This document shows, piece after piece, positions 35,106 to 46,726 of a stretch of DNA of 64,000 bases (its first letter is position 1; the number at the start of each line of letters is the position of its first letter). The position numbers and the translations under genes were made by a program. The notes beneath the pieces were generated by a model that worked only from the letters and a program-made list of their open reading frames with translations, had not been told where the DNA came from and made no database searches. This stretch comes from Octopus sinensis (Eukaryota): positions 9,610,001-9,674,000 of the forward strand of contig NC_043024.1 of assembly GCF_006345805.1 (NCBI RefSeq), read 5' to 3'.

Positions 35106-38100
35106 CATTTATTTTATTTTTTTTTAATAGGTAGGGAGGTCTTCATATCAGTGTGTGGGGCTAGTGTGCTGGAAAACCACCAAGGAGGAAGGCTCCAAAA
35201 CAGAGCACGTTCGCTCATGACAACCCCTAAAACCTTTTGGCATTGGTATGTGGAGGAGCATTCAACTGACAGTATTTGTCCAAGCAAACTGTTTCCGCAA
35301 GCCTTTAATCTCTTCTAAAAAGCAGATTAACTGATAACTTTTGGATATAGTGTTTCTTAAACCTAACATTGGTCACTAGACAGAAAAAAAAAAAAAAGAC
35401 AAGATAGATGGATGGATGGAAGGAAGGATGGATATTGTATAAAATTCAGGGTCCAGAAAGGGTTTACAATAATTATAGGGTCCTTAGGGAGGATAGCAAC
35501 ATTTTCTTTCTCTAGAGATAAACAAGGTGGCACCTGGTGCCGAGTAGGAAGAACCTCAAGGTGAAGTGGCACTGAACTGTGCCTCTGGGAAATATACTTA
35601 ACGTTTGACAAGTGTGCGTATATATATACACATACATATATATATATACATACACATACATACATATATATATATACACATACATACATATATATATATA
35701 CATACACATACATACATATATATATATATACATACACATACATACATATACATGTATTTATATGCACACTTGCATATCTTCATATTCCTAGAAAATTCTC
35801 TTACATTTACTAGGTCCACCAAGAATCGGTATCCTGCAAGGGACAAGTCTTATGGAATGTACCGTGTTGTGGTGCCATATGAAGCCACACCTGTCTGCAG
35901 TCCCAAAGGCAAAAAGATTTGGGAGTCATCTGTTGTAAGACAACCCCATCTGAACAGAATGCCATCTTGTCGATATGGAAATTTTTTTACAAAATTTACC
36001 TTCAGACAAATGGAATTACCATCTTGGATTTCTCAGGAACAAAATCTTAATTATGTAATTTAAATACACTAAGAACTGGAAGAGACACCATGAAGTATTT
36101 TCCTTCTGCTGTTCTCACAATTCGGTCAACTCTTAGCTCTAAATAAAGCTTTGAAAACGGTTTCAAATTTTCAAATGTTCTATGTTTTAACAACTGTAAA
36201 GAATGTGTTAACATGAAACCATTGGTAACCTTCTTACCTAGAAATAGAGTATAATAAATATATATGGATTGGAATATAATGGTGGGGGTTAGGCCCTGAA
36301 ATTTAAACTTTTTAAATTCTTAGTCAAGATGGCTTTCCATGGTTGAAAGGTGTGGAAGAGGAGGAGAGGAGGAAGATGAAAGGAAGGAAAAAAAACACAA
36401 AAAGCAAAAGAAAACAAATGAAAAATTAAACCTAAGAGTTTTCAGCAGTATAGCATTGTCATATAGTTTTTCCTTTGTTTATAATAATAATAATATATTA
36501 TTTTTTGTTTTCTCTTGGTGTGGTTTTTAAGACAAAACAAGAATCGCCTGACATGGTCAAATGAATTTAGTTCAACACGTTTTAAAAGGTCTGCAAATAT
36601 CAGATCACCACCACCACCACCACCATCGCCACCGTCACCCCTGCCACCGCCACCTTCTCTTGTAGAACAGTAATATGCGAGGCACTGGTCACGGCAGTCA
36701 CAGAACCAAGAAATTCTCCACTTTGCTTTCTGCTTAGATGCTTAACTATGTACAAACACACACACACACATGTATTCAGTTTTCCCACACCGGTTTCAAC
36801 CCTTGCTTATTTTTATTTTCTCATCCATTGCACAAAAAAAAAAAAAATTCGGCACAAGGCCAGTAAATTTAAGGGGAAGGGAAAAAGTTGGTATGACCAA
36901 CCCCGGCGTTAAACTGGTTCTTTATTTTATCGACCCCCGAAAGGATGAAAGGCAAAGTTGACCTTGGCGGATTTTGAACTCAGAACCCAATGAGCTGGAA
37001 GAAATGTTGCTAAGCAACTTTGACCAATGCTCTAAAGATTCTGCTAGTCAGCCCCTCAACAATAAATCTGATCGGCCAGTATCAGGATTGAACCCACAAC
37101 GTTAGTGTTATTAGCACAATGACCTAACCAACTGAGATTGATATTAATAACAATAATAATAATAATAACAACAACAAAAATGATGCCCTGATCCTGATAT
37201 CCCAAAGTACCAAAATCTTTCCTGCCCAGCATCCACCATCATGGGAAAACAGAAACACACAACTTCATTACCCACGCATGCACATACCAACATATATACA
37301 CATACACACAAACACGCACGCATGTACACATCCTTTCTGCAGTCCAGATTTCGCCTCACAACCAAGGCCCTGATGATGGTGCCACCATCAAAACATTATT
37401 TACAATATATGTGTTTGTGTGTGTGCACGCATAATATATAACACATACTATAAATGACATATACATACATACATATATATATATATACATATGTGTGCAC
37501 GCATAATATATAACACATTCTATACATACATATATATATATATATATATATGTGTGTTTGTGTGTGTGCATGTATAATATATAACACATACTATATGTAT
37601 GACATATACATACATACATACGTATATACACACACATATATATATATATCATCGTCATCGTTTAACATCCGCTTTCCATGCTAGCATGGGTTGGACGAAT
37701 GACTGAGAACTGGCGAACCAGATGGCTGCACCAGGCTTCAATCTTGATATATATATATGTATGTATATGCATGTATGATCTAAATATATATGGAAATATG
37801 TTTGTGTGTGGAATCAAAGAAAGCTAGAGAAGAGAATTTGCAAGTTATTTTTCTTCAAGTCTTTGTATTTTGGGTTGTGTTGTATTCTTCAGGTTTTCCA
37901 CATAAGGTCAGAAAGTGACCTCCTGACCTTACATTGTGTAGACTGAAGGTCAGTGTTCGCAGTCGACAGGGTTTTTTGTCCATTTTATCTTCCTGTCGCA
38001 CACAGACCGAGCAGTCTCCGTGAGAGAGTGAGTGAAAAAGAAATAAAAAAAAATTTTATTTTTTTCCAAAAAAATATATCACATTATTCTGTGGTTGTCA

Positions 38101-38176
38101 TTCTTTTTCTTTTTCTTCTTTTTTTTTTCTTTCCCCCGTCCAATTCTTGTCTGGCTGTCTATGGTCACCTCGGCAT

Positions 38177-38215
38177 TCACTCATCTTTCTGTTTTGTGTC
38201 TTCTTTGCGGTCATA
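38177..38215 (-). CDS. INSIG: INSIG terminal coding exon
   Basis: ttttctag acceptor, phase 0; encodes YDRKEDTKQKDE*. Confidence 0.85.
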   Translation of the reverse strand, partial: YDRKEDTKQKDE

Positions 38216-38250
38216 CTAGAAAAGATAAAAAAGAATAGAAAAATCATTAA

Positions 38251-38918
38251 CCCTTTGGTGTTCACATTACTCTGCCAAAATTAATCCTTTGTTATCCACA
38301 TGCCCCAGCATGGCCGCGGCCTTCGAGCTAAAGGATTTTAAGGATTGTCTTGAACTAATCATGCATTATCTTGTAGTTATGAGATTTTGACGAGGTATTC
38401 TTACTCTTTACTCTTTTACTTGTTTCAGTCATTTGACTGCGGCCATGCTGGAGCACCGCCTTTAGTCGAGCAAATCAACCCCGGGACTTATTATTTTGTA
38501 AGCCCAGTACTTATTCTATCAGTCTCTTTTGCCGAACCGCTAAGTAACGGGAACGTTAACACACCAGCATCGGTTGTCAAGCAACACTAGGGGGACAAAC
38601 ACAGACACACAAACACACACATACATATATATGACAGGCTTCTTTCAGTTTCCGTCTACCAAATCCACTCACAAGGCATTGGTCGGCCCGGGGCTATAGC
38701 AGAAGGCACTTGCCCAAGATGCCATGCAGTGGGACTGAAACCGGAACCATGTGGTTGGTTAGCAAGCTACTTACCACACAGCCACTCCTGTGCCTAGTTA
38801 GCTGTTAATTTTTTAAATGATATTGTAGGGTTGGTGTGAGAGACCAGATCTGGCCAGTTTGAACATAAAACAGGCAGAATACTTTTGGCCGGATATGGTC
38901 AGTTTAAATGCTAAAGGG
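38251..38918. mobile_element. piggyBac-type MITE with nested SINE A (38402-38794)
   Basis: TTAA|CCCTTT...AAAGGG|TTAA. A second intact copy lies at 56433-56627, with partial copies at ~16260-16405 and ~34190-34290. Confidence 0.8.
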
Positions 38919-39329
38919 TTAAACACGTTTTCTGTGCTAGCATGGGTTGGACGGTTCGACCGGGGTCTGGTAAGCCATGGAGGCTGCACCAGGCTCTAGT
39001 CTGATTTGGCAGTGTTTCTACAGCTGGATGCCCTTCCTATTGTCAACCACTCTGTAAGTGTAGTGGGTGCTTTTTACATGCCACTGGCACAGGTGCCAGA
39101 GGAGGCTGGCAAACAGCCATGATCGGTTATGAAAGCGAAAAAACAAAAAATCACGGAAAATATTAATTTTTATAAAGTGATGGAGTAGAGATAATTAATA
39201 AGAGACATTAATCTAATGATGAAGAAAGAAAATAATTTAAGAAAGAGAAGTCTAATAATGAGGTACCAACAAGAGTTCTTCGTTTTAGTCTTCTATCATA
39301 ATTCCATTCACATCTAGCATGTTTTAAAA

Positions 39330-39580
39330 CAGTGGTTCCCAAATTTTTTTCAGGCTGCCACCCTCGACACCCGGGCCACATTCCTAGTGCCCTCACCCCC
39401 AACTAACCATCACAAACATAGTCCCCTTTCTGAAGCAAATTCAAAACAACTGTATTTCACAAATAAAACTCAACCAAATGAACCCATTAGCTACCGAATT
39501 ATCGCCCCTTCTTCAACCCTAACCCTTAGAACTTTCCACCACCCCCAGGAAGGCAATACTGCCCATTTTGGGAACCACTG
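39330..39580. mobile_element. hAT-type MITE
   Basis: TIRs CAGTGGTTCCCAAA / TTTGGGAACCACTG; degenerate 8-bp TSD TTTTAAAA/TTTTATAG. Confidence 0.85.
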
Positions 39581-40125
39581 TTTTATAGGAATATTAAATC
39601 TACCCCAGTATTTCACTGCTAATTTATTTTATCAACCCCAAATGTTAGCGTTAGTCTTAGATAAAGTTAGTGTTAGTCTTCTATTATAATTCCATTCACT
39701 TCTAGGATGGTTTATAAAATCTTAAATCTACCCCAGTATTTCACTGCTAATTTATTTTATCAACCCCAAAAGAAATGACAAAGTTAGTGTTAGTCTTCTA
39801 TTATAATTCCATTCACATCTAGGATGGTTTATAGAAATCTTAAATCTACCCCAATATTTCACTGCTATTTTATTTTACCAACCCCAAAAGGATTAATAAC
39901 AAAGTTAGCATTTGTCTTCTACTATAATTCCATACACATCTAGGATGGTTTATAGAAATCTTAAATCTACCCCAGTATTTCACTACTAGTTTACTTTATC
40001 AACTCACCCTGAAAGATGAGAGATTTAGTCATCTAATATAATTCCAGTTACCTCTCTGATGTTTTATAGGAATATTAAATCTACCCCAGTATTTCACTGC
40101 TAATTTATTTCATCCTCCCTGGAAG
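39581..40125. repeat. ~120-bp tandem repeat (about 5 units), also dispersed at 14470-14544, 27370-27950, 28500-28535 and 29215-29270
   Basis: Unit ATAATTCCATTCACATCTAGGATGGTTTATAGAAATCTTAAATCTACCCCAGTATTTCACTGCTA... Confidence 0.9.
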
Positions 40126-40880
40126 GGATAAAACATTGTCAGTATTTTACTTTGACTCCAAAAAGAAGAATCAAGACCAAAAGCTGCCTATGGGGAGATA
40201 AAAGACCACAGAATTCATAATATACAGCAGACATTTTTTTCTGACAGTCTAGATAGAAATTCTGCCAATTCAATATTCATCATCATCATTGTTTAACATC
40301 TGCTTTCCATGCTAGCATGGGTTGGACAATTTGGCTGAGGTCTGGCGAACCAAACTCCAATCTGATCTGGCAGAGTTTCTACAGCTTGATGCCCTACATA
40401 ATGCCAACCACTCCAAGAGTGTAGTGGGTGCTTTTACGTGCCACTGGCACGAGGGCCAGTTTGGTGGAACCGGCAACGGCCACGCCCAAATGGTGCTTTT
40501 CATGTGCCAAGGTTTATTGTGTCCAATTACAAAGAAAACGGATAGCATTGTGGGTTTTTTTGTGAATGTAAGCAACACACGAATACTGAAGGAATTTTAA
40601 CGAGGAGGTCTAAAAGTGATGATAAAGAAGGTGAGTCTAGACAAGGCAATGCTTGTGACCCTAAGATGATGCAGAAGTGAAAACTCAGGGCCGTGCCAAG
40701 AGCGAAAGGTTTGAGACTCAAAAGAAAATGAAAAGATGAACACACGTTGATTAAACTATAGCGGTGACTTATTACCTGTGCTGTTTACCTCCAGCACCTG
40801 CTGCAGACTACTGCGGAGACAGGGAGGACGGAAAGGTTGGAAAACGGGTCAAGAGGGGGAAACAGAATTCGGTTACTTAC

Positions 40881-40980
40881 CATTGCCAGCTGTCGGCCTA
40901 TGTTACCCATTGTTACACCACCAGAGAAGAAGACGCAGGGTAGCCACGACCTTACAAATAAAAAATCAGGTTCTGTATAC
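40881..40980 (-). CDS. INSIG: INSIG exon (TM6 region)
   Basis: ttgtag acceptor and ATG|gtaagt donor, 100 nt. Encodes YTEPDFLFVRSWLPCVFFSGGVTMGNIGRQLAM, the INSIG signature. Confidence 0.97.
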
Positions 40981-41101
40981 CTACAACAAAACACAGTGAG
41001 GTAAAGTGTTACTGCAGAATCTGATCGGTACAGCAACACCACCCCCTAACGTTTCTATACCACAACAATAACACACACAGGTACATGTTTATATGACAGG
41101 G

Positions 41102-42062
41102 CAGGGGGGCTGAGAAGTTCCTGGCTTTAAGGGTATCACAAAGGGTTTGGTTGGAGGCCCAACCCTCTGAGTTCTTTTATAGGGCTTAGAAAGATCGAAG
41201 GACCGCTGCAATAAGTATGTGAATCTGAGATGGGAATATCATCATCATCGTTTAGCATCCGCTTTCCATGCTAGCATGGGTTGGATGGTTCAACTGGGGT
41301 CTGGGAAGCCAGAAGGCTGCACCAGGCCCAGTCTAATCTGGCAGTGTTTCTACGGCTGGATGCCCTTCATTGAATAAAATTCCTTTTAACCAAAGCCAAG
41401 AACTTTTCAGCACCCCCTTGTATATCTTTTATGGAATGGTGATTCTTGAAGTAAATAAAGCTATAATTAGCATATGAATATTGAATTAAAAAACTCTTGG
41501 ATAGAAAAAAGTTGAAGAAAACGAGGGTTTGTGTTCCAAGGGCATCCTTCAACACATCCTATCCAAAAAGCATTTTCAACCCAATTTGGGGACACTGTTT
41601 CTATACCACAACAATACACACACAGGCACATGTTTATATGACTGCGAGAAGGGGGGGGGGGCTGAAAGGTTCCTGGCTTTAAGGGTATCACGAAAGGCTT
41701 GGTTGGAGGCCCAACCCTCCGAGTTCTTTTACAGGGCTTAGAAGAACTGAAGGACCACTGCAATAAGTATGTAAATCTGAGAGGGGAATATGTTGAATAA
41801 AATCATGATTAACTGATCCTCCTGTATATTTTTACCCAAAGCCAGGAATATTTCAGCACCGCCTCATATGTAAATATATGAGAAAGTACTGAAAAGGTCC
41901 TGGTTTTAAGGGTCTCGCAAAAGGCCAGGTTGGGGGCCCAACTTTCCGAGTTCTTTTACAGGACTTAGGAAAAAAACTGAAGGACAGCTACAATAAGTTT
42001 GTGAATCTGAGATGGGAATATTTCTTTTTAACCAAAGCCAGGAACTTTTCAGAACTCCCTAG
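41102..42062 (+). mobile_element. Three short mariner-derived MITEs (41102-41420, 41650-41865, 41885-42062)
   Basis: TIRs GCTGAAAAGTTCCTGGCTTT / AAAGCCAGGAACTTTTCAGC; an internal remnant encodes a mariner C-terminus (CNKYVNLRGEYVE*). Confidence 0.8.
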
Positions 42063-42545
42063 TATATTTTTTTATGGAATAGTGGATCTTGAAGCAAATA
42101 AAGCTATAATTAATAGCACATAAATATTGAATTAAAAAAACTCTTGGATAGAAAAAAAAGTTGAAGAAAATGAAGGTTTTTGTTCCAAGGGCATCCTTCA
42201 ACATATCGTATCCAAAAGGCGTTTTCAACCCAATATGGGGACACTGTATTTTGTTATGCAACCATAATATACCACAAAATATGTTAAACATTTTTATAAG
42301 CCAATCCTGTGTTCTACTGTGTTAGCAGTGCCACTACATTGCTTGTGAAGGCTATCTCTATAGAAAATCTTTAGGGGTTACATTCACAAGTAATATATAC
42401 ATGCTGTTATTTAGCCCATAAAGCTTGTATTTATAGCTTTATGTGCTTCGAGATCCAATATTCCATGAAAGAATTAATTATTTCACATTCTCTTGAAATT
42501 TTGTAATTTCTTATAACATCAAATAAATATAAATATAAATAAATA

Positions 42546-42578
<33 letters not shown>

Positions 42579-42584
42579 AAATAT

Positions 42585-42627
<43 letters not shown>

Positions 42628-43033
42628 CATATATATATATATTATCCCTTAATGTCCACTTTTCCATGCTTGTACAGCTCAGACAGAACTTGTTATGCTT
42701 CTCTACAAATAAAGAAGCTGGTGATATTACTGGTACTTCTAATCAAACGGGAGAATGACTATCAGATTCAATGTGATGGAATTCAAACAGAACCACAGCA
42801 TTCTATACAGATAGCACAGGGTACAAGGTTCAATCCTCACTGTTGATTCAATAATTTCACTAGCACAGACGCGTCTTCTCAAACGTGGCATATCACCAAA
42901 ATTTTGAAGGGAGCTTTTAACATGCTACCAGTACAAAAATGCTTTAGACAGGTAAAGGCATATTTTGTATAATTTAATTTGCCAATGTCACATTAAACTG
43001 TCTCTTCTAACAGAACTGTTTAACCCTGTTTAA

Positions 43034-43250
43034 AAGGTGGCAAGCTGGCAGAAACGTTAGCACGCCAGGCGGTATTTCGTCTGTCTTTACGTTCTGAGTT
43101 CAAATTCCGCCGTGATCGACTTTGCCTTTCATCCTTTCAGGGTTGATAAATTAAGTACCAGTTACGCACTGGGGTCGATGTAATTGACTTAATCCCTTTG
43201 TTTGTCCCCTCTATGTTTAGCCCCTTGTGGGCAATAAAGAAATAAGAAAT
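43034..43250 (+). mobile_element. SINE B, near full length
   Basis: A and B boxes, Nin-like domain and AAAGAAAT tail. Confidence 0.85.
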
Positions 43251-43327
43251 GTTTAACCATTTGTCTACCTTGTGTATCACATCTGATACACGGGACATAA
43301 GGTTCCATAGTATCCATATATCATATA

Positions 43328-43813
43328 CCGTAAATCCTCGAGTATAGTCCGCAGGGGATTTTTAGGGGGCTGTACCTCTGAAAAACCTAAACCTTGTGTA
43401 TAATACGTACCCCTTCTCTAACTGGAGTCGTGTATAATTAAACCAGCAGCACCTAGTCGAACAAACACTTCTACGCATGCGTAATACAATAATGGTGATG
43501 TTCTTAACTGTTATATGGGAACGTAAATATGTTTGCAAATTGTTTTTGTTACATGGTATTCTGTGTTCTGAATATTTTTATTTTAATAAATGTTGCTTAC
43601 TGCAAGTTATGAATGATTATTTTATGACTTCATTGCTTTCAGGCTTAGCTTAAGGTATTTTCGCGCCTGACATCACAAAATGCGTCTGAATAAACATTGC
43701 CGGACATTGCTTAGAAAATATTTTTCGTTTTTAACCTCGTATATAGTACGCACTAGGGATTTTGGCCTTTAAATTTTGGGGAAAAAATGCGGATTATACT
43801 CGAGGCTTTACGG
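43328..43813. mobile_element. pogo/Tc2-like MITE
   Basis: TIRs CCGTAAATCCTCGAGTATAGTCCGCA / TGCGGATTATACTCGAGGCTTTACGG, flanked by a TA TSD. Confidence 0.85.
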
Positions 43814-44046
43814 TATGCACTTCCCCAATTTTTTAAACCAACAGTATAACTTGGAACATATGAAAGGAAGGTTTTTATATTACTATGAAACGAGGGGCCA
43901 ACTAAAAGGTCTGGAAACAAGCATGGACATGTGGGACAAACTTATGAAAATGATTTGGGCAAACAAAAGGTTTAAAAGGGAAAAGGTTCAGAAAATGGTA
44001 GCACCAGGTAATACAGTAAATAAACTAAGAGAGAAATTTTACTTAC

Positions 44047-44213
44047 CTGTAAACTCCGTTGTAGACAAGAAGTTGAGCAATGAAGGTAGCAAGGACTGCA
44101 ATTCCAACACCAAGACCGAACCCACTGCGAGACCGATCAAACAACCACCAGAGGCCTATAGACATAGCAGCCAGGGTCATTGATAGTTGCATGTTGTTGG
44201 CAAAATCAATTTT
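44047..44213 (-). CDS. INSIG: INSIG exon (TM4-5)
   Basis: cttag acceptor and AG|gtaagt donor, 167 nt. Encodes [56 protein letters not shown]. Confidence 0.97.
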
Positions 44214-44384
44214 CTAAGCAAGGCAGTCAAGGAATATAGGTTCTCATAAGATATCAAGCAATACAATAAACATTCAATTATCTCCTCTATAGTAGCACAC
44301 CTGTCTCTGTCTTCGTTCTCGTTAACTCTCTCTCCCCCTCTGGCCAGGTAACTATGTACCTTCTTTAGAGCAAAACACCTGTTT

Positions 44385-44846
44385 CTTATTTCTTTACTGC
44401 CCACAAGGGGCTAAACATAGAGGGGACAAACAAGAACAGACAAAGGGATTAAGTCGATTAGATTGACCCCAGTGCGTAGCTGGTACTAAATTTACTGGCA
44501 GAATCGTTAGCACGCCGGGTGAGATGCTTAGTGGTATTTCGTCTGCCGTTACATTATGAATTCAAATTCCGCCGAGGTCGACTTTGCCTTTCATCCTTTC
44601 GGGGTCGATTAAATAAGTACCAGTTACGCACCGGGGTCGATGTAATCGATTCAATCCGTTTGTCCTTGTTTATCCTCTCTGTGTTTAGCCCCTTGTGGGT
44701 AGTAAAGAGATAGGTACTTAATTTATCGACCCCAAAAGGATGAAAGGCAAAGTCAACCTCGGCAAAATTTGAACTCAGAACGTAATGGCAGGTGAAATAC
44801 CGCTAACCATTTCGCCCAGTGTGCTAACGTTTCTGCCAGCTCGCCA
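44385..44846. mobile_element. SINE B with an inverted SINE B copy (44495-44712) nested inside it
   Basis: TSD GGTACT(A/T)AATTTA at 44482-44494 and 44713-44725. Confidence 0.85.
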
Positions 44847-44957
44847 CGTTTAACTCAAACCTTTTATCATCTGACACAAGATCCCCCCCCTCCAATGCGC
44901 CCTTCCCTCTCAAAGAACAATTCACAAGAATTAAAATGGTAAAGAAAAAAAGGATAC

Positions 44958-45082
44958 AGCACTGGCATGGTTGATGCCAACAAATACGGCCACACACCGC
45001 ATCACGCTGGACCATTCTCGTCTGTGAGTGTGGGGTTCGCCCAATTTGTTGTCTAAACATGGATACAAGAGACCTATGATGG
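44958..45082 (-). CDS. INSIG: INSIG exon (TM2-3)
   Basis: ttttgcag acceptor and GCT|gtatcc donor, 125 nt. Encodes [41 protein letters not shown]. Confidence 0.97.
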
Positions 45083-45576
45083 CTGCAAAAAGACACAAAG
45101 AGAAAAATGAACACATTACTTAGAAATAAGAAATATTGGGTTTTTTTACGCCCCCTAAATTTGGCACAAATTAGGGAAGAGACTACAGTTGATAAGAATG
45201 ACCCCAGTACTTGAATGGTTTCATTGACCCCGCCCCATAGAAGGAAGAGCGAGAAACAGCGTCAGCCTAGGTAAGATCTGAACCCACAACCTGAAGGTAT
45301 GCGACTCGGGGAAACATACCACAGTGATCTTCTGTTGCTGCCTGGCAGTTCATTTTTGGTTTACCCTCATAACCATGCCGGTGACACGTAAAAGCACCCA
45401 CTACACACACGGAGTGGTTGGCGTTAGGAAGAGCATCCAGCTGTAGAAACACTGCCAGATCAGACTGGAGTCTGGTGCAGCCTCCTGGCTTCCCAGACCC
45501 CAGTCGAATCGCCCAACCCATTCTAGCATGGAAAGCAGATGTTAAACAATGATGATGATAGTCTTGTTTTCCCAAG

Positions 45577-46282
45577 TTTACCATTAAGGGCACAGGATCT
45601 TTTAATTCTTAGAGGCATAAGGATTGGTTCATATGACATCAGGACATGTCTACAAGCCCATCTCAATGGGCTTGTGTGATATGCACCCAGGTGGAGACAC
45701 ATGGTTTAGTGGTTAGGGGTGTTGGACTCATGATTGTAAGATTGTGGTTTCAATTCCTGGACCGGGTGACTTCATTTCACAGCTGGCAAAAATGAGTTAA
45801 TCCTGTGAGGGACTAGCATCCCATCCAGGTGGGGAATATATACACCATGGAAACCGGGCCCTGCAAGAAGGTAGCTTTACCTTTTTACCATTGAGGGCAC
45901 AGGATGTTTTAATTCTTAGAGGCAGAAGGATTGGTTCATATGACATGACAACATGTCTACACATCAGTGGGCTTGTGTGATATGCACCCAGGTGGAGACA
46001 CATGGTTTAGTTGTTAGGGGTGTTGGACTCACGATCGTAAGATTGTGGTTTCAATTCCTGGGCCGGGTTATGTTTTGTGTTCTGAAACAAAATACTTTAT
46101 TTCATGTTGCTCCAGTCCACTCAGCTGGCAAAAATGAGTTTATCCTGTGAGGGACTAGCATCCCATCCAGGTGGGGAATATATACGCTGTGGAAACCAGA
46201 GAAACCGGGCCCTTATGAATTAGTACGATACAAGAAGGTAGCTTTACCTTTTTAGTAGAGACATATGGCTTAGTGGTTAGGG
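45577..46282 (+). repeat. Tandem duplication (~305-370 bp) of flank plus SINE D; a third SINE head is truncated by a GA-rich tract (46281-46452)
   Basis: TTTACCATTRAGGGCACAGGAT recurs at 45577 and 45883. Confidence 0.8.
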
Positions 46283-46551
46283 AAAAAGAAGGGAGAAAAA
46301 AGGGAAAAGAAAGGAGAAAAAAGGGGAAAAGAAGGGAAAAAAAAGGAGAAAAGAAAGGAGAAAAAAGGGGAAAAGAAAGGAGAAAAAAGGGGAAAAGAAG
46401 GGAGAAAAAGGGTAAAAAGAAGGAGGGAAAAAGGGAGAAAAAAGGGAAAAAGGTAACTAAGACAAACCAATATGTGTGAATGAGAAAGTGAAGGATTTTT
46501 GAAAGTTGTTTAAGAAGAAAAAAAAAACATGTAGCAGGTGTTAAAACTTAC

Positions 46552-46726
46552 CAGCAGCTGTCCCACATGTAGGGGGAACCCACCATGTAGATGAAAAGAG
46601 ATTTGTGATGACTTCTTGTGGGAATGAGAGCTGCCGTTGTACTTGTAAGAGGTTGAGAACGAGTGTGAAAAAGACTCCAGTGAAGAAAAGAACACAGCCT
46701 CGTAACATATATCTGACGACTGCCAT
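46552..46726 (-). CDS. INSIG: INSIG first conserved coding exon (ATG at 46726)
   Basis: Encodes [32 protein letters not shown]...[13 protein letters not shown]; G|gtaagt donor; acceptors just upstream at 46737 and 46733. The spliced CDS is 606 nt (201 aa plus stop). Confidence 0.95.

Noticed and set aside
37368-37398. Hammerhead cores at CTGATGA sites (also 34792 and 62337, and ~12630 on the minus strand)
   Set aside because: Stem II/GAAA/stem III cannot be assembled properly at any of them.
43776-44183. 135-aa + strand ORF
   Set aside because: Antisense shadow of an INSIG exon plus a MITE end.
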